Made by a program: the position numbers and the translations under genes | Shown: piece after piece, positions 9,010 to 16,418 of the stretch | Layout: each line of letters opens with the position of its first letter | Position numbering within the stretch: position 1 is the stretch's first letter | DNA from: Thermofilum adornatum | Lineage (GTDB): Archaea; Thermoproteota; Thermoprotei; Thermofilales; Thermofilaceae | Direction: 5' to 3' | Assembly (NCBI RefSeq): GCF_000446015.1 | Contig: NC_022093.1 | Coordinates: forward strand, 510,001 to 542,000 | Length of the DNA: 32,000 nt | The notes under the pieces: generated by a model | The model's database searches: none | Seen by the model: only the letters and a program-made list of their open reading frames with translations | Told to the model about the DNA's origin: nothing

Positions 9010-9564
9010 TTATTGACCTAAAATGTCTCGGAGAATCTCCTCGGTTAGCCCGGCTTTCTTCAGCTCTGATAATAGGCCTTGCGGCAGAGATGCATTTTTG
9101 AGTGTTTCTCTAATCTCATACGGAAACACGACCCAGCTTGAATATTCACGAACATAAAAGTCAGGTTTTATGGGAGACCAAGACTTAACGTAGAGAGCAG
9201 CTGTTTTTAGTTCTCGTGGTTTCTTGTCCAAAATGTGTCTAAGTGTTTCTTTCAGTGTTTCGCCAGTGTCTACAATATCGTCTACGACAAGTATCTGCCT
9301 AGACGCCAAGTCTACATTCAGCTCTTGCAGTAGAGTTGGCTTGTCTCCAGGTTTAGCTACGTCCCTGTAGAACTTTACAGTAACCGCGTATACCTCTCGT
9401 ATACCTAAAAGGTCCGAAAGAATTCGGCCGACAACCCAGCCTCCCCTAGCTATAGCAACCATTACATCGGGCCGGTATCCTGAATGGGCAATTTTTTTAG
9501 AGAGCTCTAGGGTGTCAAGATAGAGTTGCTCCCACGAGATATAGACAAACTCAGTTTTCTCCAT
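9010..9564 (-). CDS. Purine (hypoxanthine/guanine-type) phosphoribosyltransferase
   Basis: 184 aa with the PRPP-binding loop ILVVDDIVDTGETL. The layout resembles archaeal COG2236-type PRTases. Confidence 0.75.
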   Translation of the reverse strand: MEKTEFVYISWEQLYLDTLELSKKIAHSGYRPDVMVAIARGGWVVGRILSDLLGIREVYAVTVKFYRDVAKPGDKPTLLQELNVDLASRQILVVDDIVDTGETLKETLRHILDKKPRELKTAALYVKSWSPIKPDFYVREYSSWVVFPYEIRETLKNASLPQGLLSELKKAGLTEEILRDILGQ

Positions 9565-9606
9565 ACTATTTTTTCTCTCTCCAGAAAAATATTTCTTTCG
9601 GTTTTC

Positions 9607-10596
9607 CTAGGATATATCTTCCTCTACGCGACCCAATATTTCGGAACTGATGACTGGGCGCCCGTACATTTCTTCTATGATGATGGCCGCTGCCTTTGGG
9701 GGTATTATACCGAGCTCCGTTATTATGCCCGTGATGTAGTTGGGTGGCGTAACGTCGAACGCTGGATTAAGGATCCTCAAATTGGGATGACTTTTTAAGA
9801 AGTCGACGCCTACGATTTCGCTGGGCGGCCTGAATTCTATGGGGACGATGTCGCCTATTAGTGTGTAAGGACTAAACTTGAATGTCTCTGTGGCAACGAA
9901 GAAGTCTACGGCTCTCTCGTGGGCGGCTAGGGCGATAAGGCTCGTACCAATCTTGTTTACAACGGCGCCATTTGCCGCCACTGTGTCTGCGCCAACGATG
10001 ACCCTGTCAACCTTCCTGATTATCTGTCTCACCGAGGACTCAGGGATAAGTGTCACGTTGACGCCTTCTTTTAGTAACATTTCAGAAGTGATGTAGCCCT
10101 GGTACATGGGTCGAGTTTCAGTTGCGAAAACATGTAATTTCTTGCCCTTTTTATGAGCCTCAACTATGACACTAATTGCCGCCAAGCTGTTACAGTGCGT
10201 TAGAACTGTGTCTCCGTCTCTAAGCATTTTTTCGCCATATTCTGCTATTTTTCTCAGAGCTTGGTCTGCATACTGGATAAAGGAGTTGGCCTGATTGATT
10301 ACAGCTTCTCTGGCCGCTTGTAAAGTGTTCACGTTGGTGTTTAGTGCCTTTAGAACCCAGCTAACCGCGTTTGGTAGCGAGACTGCTGTGGGACGTGTAG
10401 ACGTGAGAAGCTTCGCCGCTTCCTTAATATATCTTTTGAAGTCTTCTAGGTCTTCGCCCTTGTAGCTTTCAGCCGCAATCTTCAGGGCTTCCGCGGCGGC
10501 CTTTGCTATTCTCCCGGCTCCTCTTATCTTCATGTCCCTGATATCATTGGCTATTTGGTATACTTGTTGGGGGAACAAAGCCGTCTCCTTGATCAT
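9607..10596 (-). CDS. eIF2B-family sugar-phosphate isomerase, ribose-1,5-bisphosphate isomerase-like (e2b2 type)
   Basis: 329 aa with MKIRGAGRIAKAAAEAL, LTHCNS (candidate catalytic Cys), VGADTVAANGAVVNKIGT (candidate catalytic Asp) and AFDVTPP. Confidence 0.75.
   Translation of the reverse strand: MIKETALFPQQVYQIANDIRDMKIRGAGRIAKAAAEALKIAAESYKGEDLEDFKRYIKEAAKLLTSTRPTAVSLPNAVSWVLKALNTNVNTLQAAREAVINQANSFIQYADQALRKIAEYGEKMLRDGDTVLTHCNSLAAISVIVEAHKKGKKLHVFATETRPMYQGYITSEMLLKEGVNVTLIPESSVRQIIRKVDRVIVGADTVAANGAVVNKIGTSLIALAAHERAVDFFVATETFKFSPYTLIGDIVPIEFRPPSEIVGVDFLKSHPNLRILNPAFDVTPPNYITGIITELGIIPPKAAAIIIEEMYGRPVISSEILGRVEEDIS
9916..9975. repeat. 60-nt tract identical to 10930-10989 (copy 1, inside the isomerase-type e2b gene)
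   Basis: CTCGTGGGCGGCTAGGGCGATAAGGCTCGTACCAATCTTGTTTACAACGGCGCCATTTGC occurs identically in both paralogs. It encodes ANGAVVNKIGTSLIALAAHE on the minus strand. The flanking nucleotides differ immediately on both sides. Confidence 0.9.
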
Positions 10597-10602
10597 GAGA
10601 AA

Positions 10603-11565
10603 TTACCCTGTGAGTTTATTGATTTTCTCTTTTAGCTTGTCTATGTCAGCCTGATACTTTGCCAAGGAGTGTGGCCATCCAAATGATTCCCTAAACATCA
10701 TGACGGCAAACTCGGGCGCTATTACTCCTTTTTCTGTAATGATGGCGTCAATGTATGATGGCGGTGTGACGTCGAACAATGGAGATTTAGGCTTCAGCGC
10801 TTTCAACTTTTCCCAACCTTCAGGCATATATTCGCTAATCTCTATTTCTGGGATCTCTACTAGCTCGCCGACAAGGGTCTCAGGGCTAAATTTAAACGTG
10901 GAAGATACCACGTAGACCCGAACCCTGGCCTCGTGGGCGGCTAGGGCGATAAGGCTCGTACCAATCTTGTTTACAACGGCGCCATTTGCAGATATTGCTT
11001 CGCTGGAGAGAAGAACCTTGTCTACTTCCTTCATGAAAAACCTTACAGCAGAGTCGACAATGAGGTAGGTCTCTATCCCTTTGTCTGAAAGTTCTGCCGC
11101 AAATTTCACCCCCTCTCCCGTTGGCCTAGATTCTGTCACGTACACTTTGATTTTTTTGCCTTCTTCTACAGCCTTTTCGATTGTTCTCTTGACAAATAAA
11201 CTATAGGAGTTTGTCATGACTGTGTCGTTGTTTGCGAGTCTGCGGGAAGCTATCGTGGAGGATTCTTCGATATCTGAGAAAATCTTCTTTACTATTGCTT
11301 GTCGAGTGTTCTCGTACGAGGCAATAAAGTCGTCTAGTGTAGATATCTCCGTTACAGCGAGATTGTTGGTTAGTAACCGTACGGCGTTTTGCAGCATTGA
11401 GGCTGTTGGTCTGGCTTTCAGGATTCTTTCTAGCGAGTTGACGAATAGTGTGGGGTTCCGGTTCTCTTTGAGAATTCTCCCAAGAAGTTCAAGCGTATAG
11501 ATAACTGTCTCTGTTGAGCTATAGATTCTACCATTTATTACCTTGTCAAGCTCTGTTTCCAACAT
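10603..11565 (-). CDS. eIF2B alpha/beta/delta-like protein (aIF-2B regulatory-type paralog, isomerase motifs not conserved)
   Basis: 320 aa and alignable with the neighbouring paralog. It has MTNSYS in place of THCNS and SSEAISANG in place of GADTVAANG, the Glu position seen in eukaryotic eIF2B-alpha (GAE). It overlaps prs by 20 nt. Confidence 0.7.
   Translation of the reverse strand: MLETELDKVINGRIYSSTETVIYTLELLGRILKENRNPTLFVNSLERILKARPTASMLQNAVRLLTNNLAVTEISTLDDFIASYENTRQAIVKKIFSDIEESSTIASRRLANNDTVMTNSYSLFVKRTIEKAVEEGKKIKVYVTESRPTGEGVKFAAELSDKGIETYLIVDSAVRFFMKEVDKVLLSSEAISANGAVVNKIGTSLIALAAHEARVRVYVVSSTFKFSPETLVGELVEIPEIEISEYMPEGWEKLKALKPKSPLFDVTPPSYIDAIITEKGVIAPEFAVMMFRESFGWPHSLAKYQADIDKLKEKINKLTG
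10930..10989. repeat. 60-nt tract identical to 9916-9975 (copy 2, inside the eIF2B-alpha-like gene)
   Basis: See copy 1. The offset between copies is 1014 nt. Confidence 0.9.
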
Positions 11566-12451
11566 GGCTCATTAACCTCTCCAAAGCCTCACCTATGATT
11601 TTTGCTACAGAAACACGCATATAGGGATTAATAACTGTATCAGTAGCTATCAAGCTCTTAACTCCAGCTTGGAATATCTTTGCCTCGGCATCCTGGACAA
11701 GCAGAGCATGTGTGACACATACGTGTATAGACGTGAAGCCGTGTTCCTTAAGCTTCTCTGCGGCTTCAACAATTGTGCCGCCAGTACTAATAATGTCGTC
11801 CACTATAACCGCTGTAGTTCCCTTGGGTATACTGCCCGAGACCTCGACCTCAGTGTCGCCAAAGCGGTGTTTCTCCAAAACAATGTAGGGCGCGTTTACT
11901 TTTCCAGAGAAAAGTTTAGCCCACTGTTCTGCTTCCTCGTCGGGAGCAACGACAAGCGCCTCTTGATGATAGTTGTAAAAGTACTCGGCTAATAGAGGCA
12001 TAGCTGATACTTTAAGCGTCTTCATTTTAAAGAGCTCTGACAAGTCTTTGAACCTATGAAGGTGAGGGTCAACTGTGACAAGGGCATCTATTCCGGCCTT
12101 GGAGAGCATGGTGGAAAACATTTTTGCGCTGACAATTTCGCCGGGGTTAAACTCGGAGTCCTGTCTAAGATAGGGTAAATATGGGGCCACTAGTATTACT
12201 TCGCCTGCACCCTTATCATGCAGAGTTTCCGATAAAAATACTGTTTCAACGAGAGCGTCGTTGGGACGCCTCGCAAAGCTCTCGAACAATATAATTTTCT
12301 TTCCTTTAACATCTGTGGGAAGCCTTAAATATAGTTCTCCGTCAGGAAAGTATCTGATGGTAGAGGGGTAATGAGGAATACCTAGCTGGCTTGCTACTTT
12401 TTGCGCCAGGGCATTCGCTTGGCTTCCAGAGATGATTACTATTTGTTCCAC
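11546..12451 (-). CDS. prs: Ribose-phosphate pyrophosphokinase (PRPP synthetase)
   Basis: 301 aa with an N-terminal IISGSQANALAQKVA pattern, the PRPP loop AVIVDDIISTGGTI and the typical two-domain PRTase-type layout. Confidence 0.85.
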   Translation of the reverse strand: MEQIVIISGSQANALAQKVASQLGIPHYPSTIRYFPDGELYLRLPTDVKGKKIILFESFARRPNDALVETVFLSETLHDKGAGEVILVAPYLPYLRQDSEFNPGEIVSAKMFSTMLSKAGIDALVTVDPHLHRFKDLSELFKMKTLKVSAMPLLAEYFYNYHQEALVVAPDEEAEQWAKLFSGKVNAPYIVLEKHRFGDTEVEVSGSIPKGTTAVIVDDIISTGGTIVEAAEKLKEHGFTSIHVCVTHALLVQDAEAKIFQAGVKSLIATDTVINPYMRVSVAKIIGEALERLMSHVGNRA

Positions 12452-12480
12452 AAGTTTTTCTTATGCATCTACATATTAGT

Positions 12481-12798
12481 TTATTGCTTGGCTTCTAGTC
12501 CTGGAAGCGAGGAAACAATTCTTTTGGCTTTACGAAGTGTTCCAGTCACACGGATTATCCTGAACAAGTTATTGTCGTCTAGGATGAAAATTGACCTGAA
12601 AAGGTCTTTGGCATCGGCATTTATGCTGTATATGTATATGTTCCTCTCGTCACTGTAAACCTCTTTTAGATGTATCCTAGAAAGCCCATAAATCCCATAG
12701 AGCGCCTGTATCCATCCTTTGAGTATATCTTTGGGACTTTCTGTCTGGAGAAGATTACTTTTCAACCGCAGTATAACGTATCTCTTTTTACTTCTCAA
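12481..12798 (-). CDS. rnp2: RNase P protein component 2 (Pop5 homolog)
   Basis: 105 aa starting KKRYVILRL, with a small alpha/beta pattern typical of archaeal Pop5. It sits immediately after Rpp30, as in the conserved superoperon, with an 11-nt overlap. Confidence 0.65.
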   Translation of the reverse strand: MRSKKRYVILRLKSNLLQTESPKDILKGWIQALYGIYGLSRIHLKEVYSDERNIYIYSINADAKDLFRSIFILDDNNLFRIIRVTGTLRKAKRIVSSLPGLEAKQ

Positions 12799-13558
12799 TC
12801 TCTACACCTCTAACAGGAATCTTGCCGCTCCTCTTCAGCTGGTTTTCACTTATCCTTTTATATATGCCATCAGACATGTCCTTTGAAAGCTTTGCCTGGT
12901 CGATCTCCAAGAAAATTTTTGCAAAGCTGATTAATGCCCTGGGATCCCTCGGCGAATATATCTGCTGGGGACCCGTTGATACTATTATTTTGAGATTTTT
13001 CTTTTTGATGGTTTTCAGAGAATCTCTCAGCGCCCTTATCCGATAGGGGTTAAGCATGTTGCCGGAGAAAAGACTTGAGACTGTCACTTCGATGAGCTTC
13101 TCTTGAGCCTTTAATTCTACTATGTCGCCTGAAAAAAACGGGGGAGCCTTTTCTGGGGGCAGACTAATGACATCTATCCTATGATCCCTACTACTGAAGG
13201 CCATTAGCTGCCTGTCCTGTGGAGATACAGATATCAAGTCACAATAGCGTCTAATGTTTCCTAGAATCCTTTTGAGTTCTGGCTGATTCGTTACTTCAAT
13301 GTGGCAACGCGAGAATACGAGTGCACCTTCTTCCCTGGTATTTGCAACCGCTTCATCGAATTTCCTTACAAGAAGATACAAGTCCCCTTTGTACCTAGTA
13401 ATTCTAGTGGTAACGGCACACCCTGCATATCCGGCTTCAACAGCAACAGAATAAGTGTCGTTTATCCATTTGTGAAGGTCCTCTCCCGACAATTCTTTAA
13501 GCCTATCTAGAGGTAGCTCGGCGGCGTAAGCATCTATGTACTTGGCTTTTTTACTCAT
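12788..13558 (-). CDS. rnp3: RNase P protein component 3 (Rpp30 homolog)
   Basis: 256 aa. The C-terminal KKNLKIIVSTGPQQIYSPRDPRALISFAKIFLEIDQAKLS resembles the Pyrococcus Rpp30 segment as I recall it (..[35 protein letters not shown]..). Confidence 0.7.
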   Translation of the reverse strand: MSKKAKYIDAYAAELPLDRLKELSGEDLHKWINDTYSVAVEAGYAGCAVTTRITRYKGDLYLLVRKFDEAVANTREEGALVFSRCHIEVTNQPELKRILGNIRRYCDLISVSPQDRQLMAFSSRDHRIDVISLPPEKAPPFFSGDIVELKAQEKLIEVTVSSLFSGNMLNPYRIRALRDSLKTIKKKNLKIIVSTGPQQIYSPRDPRALISFAKIFLEIDQAKLSKDMSDGIYKRISENQLKRSGKIPVRGVEIEK

Positions 13559-13571
13559 GTATGGGCTCCTC

Positions 13572-14054
13572 TTACGCGGCGCGGGTTGGAGCCTTTCTCA
13601 ACGAAATCAGGAAGTTTTCAATACTTTGGGGACTTCTTAAGTGTGGCTTCAAAGAGACAACAATCCTTATTACGTCGTCGCTCTCGCTAAGAGAAACGTT
13701 TCCCCCATATGCTTTTTGCTTGTCAACGCGTATGTACAGTTTGCCGTGGTCAAATCTCTCCGGTATAGTTGACACAAGTGATTGAAAATCGTCCTCGCTT
13801 AGGCTAGAAACTATGTGAGAAAAAGTATTTTCGGAGTCCTTTTCGCTCGACAATAACACACGCAAGATGACTATAGGGTTTCCATGGTAGCCATGAGTAA
13901 CCATTTTATAGATATTTTTAGTAACATCTTCTCTTAGTTCCTCTGGAAAAAGGTTCAAAACTGCATTCGTGACTTTTGATTCTTCTTCAGTTGCATGGAC
14001 AAAACAGGAAAATTCTATCCTGCTTACTGAATTACTGTGTGTTCTTCTGCTCAT
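13572..14054 (-). CDS. DUF54 / COG1325-like RNA-binding protein (predicted exosome-associated)
   Basis: 160 aa. Its position between rpl15e and rnp3 matches the archaeal exosome superoperon. The [13 protein letters not shown] start resembles that family. Assignment rests mostly on context. Confidence 0.5.
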   Translation of the reverse strand: MSRRTHSNSVSRIEFSCFVHATEEESKVTNAVLNLFPEELREDVTKNIYKMVTHGYHGNPIVILRVLLSSEKDSENTFSHIVSSLSEDDFQSLVSTIPERFDHGKLYIRVDKQKAYGGNVSLSESDDVIRIVVSLKPHLRSPQSIENFLISLRKAPTRAA

Positions 14055-14583
14055 TTTCTACATCTAGCTTGGCTTTGGAAAGTATCTTGAGCAATAATTC
14101 TCGGGATGGCCGTGCTTTTTCTACTTTGTATCCGGATACCCAGCGGCGCTCAATATCTTTCTTTACTGCGGGGTGGTTCGGGTCGACCATTACCACTTCG
14201 TACCACTTGTATACTCCGTCTTCTCCGACATAGTAAGACCCTAGCACAACAAGGTTCGGGAACTTCCTAGCGGCTTTTTCCTCTGCAATAAGCTGTGCAC
14301 TCTTGTGTGGGGAATAGCCGTACACACCCATTCTCTTTGGTCTCCTTCCGCTGGATGGACGCGGCCTATTTAGACCGCCCTTGCGAATCCTTACGCGTGC
14401 TACAACAAATCCCTGCTTGGCCTTGTATCCCAGTGCTCTTGCCCTGTTAATTCTGGTTGGCTTCGGGATTCTCACGACTGTTGGCTCTCTCCTCCAGATA
14501 AGCATCCTTTGCCTCATTAATTCTGCGTGTTCACCTTGCATGGGTCTTTTCCACTGTTCGGCCATGTATTTTAGATACCCCAT
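14032..14583 (-). CDS. rpl15e: 50S ribosomal protein L15e
   Basis: 183 aa. [14 protein letters not shown]..., [33 protein letters not shown] is the L15e signature. CTTATAAA on the minus strand lies about 35 nt upstream. Confidence 0.9.
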   Translation of the reverse strand: MGYLKYMAEQWKRPMQGEHAELMRQRMLIWRREPTVVRIPKPTRINRARALGYKAKQGFVVARVRIRKGGLNRPRPSSGRRPKRMGVYGYSPHKSAQLIAEEKAARKFPNLVVLGSYYVGEDGVYKWYEVVMVDPNHPAVKKDIERRWVSGYKVEKARPSRELLLKILSKAKLDVENEQKNTQ

Positions 14584-14631
14584 TTTGTTATCCCTTGCTC
14601 TTCAGTAAAACCCTGTTTATAAGTTTTCCTG

Positions 14632-15657
14632 TTAAATCTTGGCGTTTCTGTTTTGAAAATACTCTATAATCTCGTTTTTTAGCTTGTCAATGTTTACTCC
14701 TTTTTCGGCGGATATTATAAAAAATTCATTAATGTTAAATTTCTTCTTAAAGTTTTCAACGTGTGAGGGGGAAGCTATGTCCGCCTTATTCAATACTATC
14801 CAAACGTCACAGCTGACTATTGACCTAACGGTTTCTAGGACTTTTTTCTGGTAGTCGAGTGAAAAGCCGCATGTTTCAGTTGGGTCAACGATAAACAGTA
14901 CAAGGTTGGAAATGTGTTTCAAGGCGATGACCGCCTTTCTCTCTACGTTTTTCTTCTCTTCTAGTGGAGAATCCAGAAGACCGGGGGTATCTATTAATTG
15001 GATTTTTCCAAGCAAGTGTTCCAGATGGCCAACGATTAGTTCCTTGGTGGTAAATGGATATGGTTTTACCTCGGGCTTCGCCCTAGATAGTCTCCTTAGT
15101 AGAGATGATTTTCCAACATTGGGGGCACCAGCTATTATAACGGTTGGAAGGGAGACATCTATATCGGGAAGGTTTTGAAAGGTTACCTGGAAGTTCCTGA
15201 CAGTTGAAAGACAATCTTCAATATCTTTTAGAATAGAATATGTCCTGCCAAAGAACTCTCTCTCGAAACGAACTATTTCATCTGTTTTCTGGCTTCGTTT
15301 AACTTTTATAATATAGCCGCGTCCAATCCTGTTTATGAGTTTGGACGCACTGTAGACACGCGAGGCACAACTCTTATAGTCCTCTATATTGACACTTATC
15401 TCGAGGAGTTCTCTGAAAAATGGATGAAGATCCTCAACGAATGGGCTCTTTAATGCAACATTCTTTAGTTTACCTGCGGCAAACCTTGTTGCCGACTTGA
15501 TGCATTCAAGTGTTCTTATCCTCCTAGTCTCAAGCTTGTTTGCGCCTTTTTTCGTCGTCCTTTTTCTACATTGTTTGACCATTTGTTCGAAAAGCTCGCT
15601 AGAAGTCTTGGGTGCAAACACCATCTGTTGCTTCAGCCTAGCTATCTCTGCACACAT
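14632..15657 (-). CDS. Nog1-like GTP-binding protein (COG1084)
   Basis: 341 aa. An N-terminal NOG1-type helical domain is followed by G1 GAPNVGKSS, G3 DTPGLLD and G4 NKAD. Confidence 0.8.
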   Translation of the reverse strand: MCAEIARLKQQMVFAPKTSSELFEQMVKQCRKRTTKKGANKLETRRIRTLECIKSATRFAAGKLKNVALKSPFVEDLHPFFRELLEISVNIEDYKSCASRVYSASKLINRIGRGYIIKVKRSQKTDEIVRFEREFFGRTYSILKDIEDCLSTVRNFQVTFQNLPDIDVSLPTVIIAGAPNVGKSSLLRRLSRAKPEVKPYPFTTKELIVGHLEHLLGKIQLIDTPGLLDSPLEEKKNVERKAVIALKHISNLVLFIVDPTETCGFSLDYQKKVLETVRSIVSCDVWIVLNKADIASPSHVENFKKKFNINEFFIISAEKGVNIDKLKNEIIEYFQNRNAKI

Positions 15658-15720
15658 TCAATATGTATCCACAGACATAGTTTTATATGTGTGTTCTTTC
15701 TTTCTTCATAGGCGAAGTGT

Positions 15721-16338
15721 ATGGAGGCATTACCAGGCACAACAGTAGGCATAAAGGTTGACGGGGGCGTTGTTCTAGCTGCCGAGAAGAGAGTAGCTTA
15801 TCAGCTTTACCTAATGAGTAAAAGCGGGAAAAAAGTCTACCTCATACTGGACAAAATGGGACTTGCCAGCGCTGGATTGATGGCTGACATGCAGACGCTT
15901 GCTAGGATAATCGAGGCAGAGATGAGGCTGTACGAGCTCGACTCTGGAATCTCGCCAAAGGTCCAAACAGTTGCAAAGACACTTTCCTATATCCTTTATG
16001 AGAGAAGATTGTTCCCGTATTATGCCGAGATCCTTGTGGGCGGGATAGATGAAGAGGGATCTCATCTTTACACACTTGACCCTATAGGTGCAATAATTGA
16101 GGACAACTATTCTGCCCTTGGCTCTGGAACACAGCTTGCAATAAGCATCATTGAGGCAGAGTACAAGCCCGACATGAAGGTGGAAGATGCAAAAACCCTT
16201 GCCATAAAAGCCCTCTACGCGGCCATGAAGAGGGACGCGTCTAGCGGCGACGGCGTGGACGTGCTTGTCATCAGCAAAGACAAGACATATGAGCAGACAT
16301 ACTCCGTGGGAGACATAGAAAAAATGTTTTCCAAATAG
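15721..16338 (+). CDS. psmB: Proteasome beta subunit
   Basis: 205 aa. A short propeptide (MEALPG) precedes TTVGIKVDGGVVLAAEKR, which carries the catalytic Thr context. Confidence 0.9.
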   Translation: MEALPGTTVGIKVDGGVVLAAEKRVAYQLYLMSKSGKKVYLILDKMGLASAGLMADMQTLARIIEAEMRLYELDSGISPKVQTVAKTLSYILYERRLFPYYAEILVGGIDEEGSHLYTLDPIGAIIEDNYSALGSGTQLAISIIEAEYKPDMKVEDAKTLAIKALYAAMKRDASSGDGVDVLVISKDKTYEQTYSVGDIEKMFSK

Positions 16339-16418
16339 CCTTTCCGATTTTTCCAAGGTTTCTTCTAGAACTCTAAACTTTAAATCATTGTGCTTCATGT
16401 AAAATACTGTAGCATACT

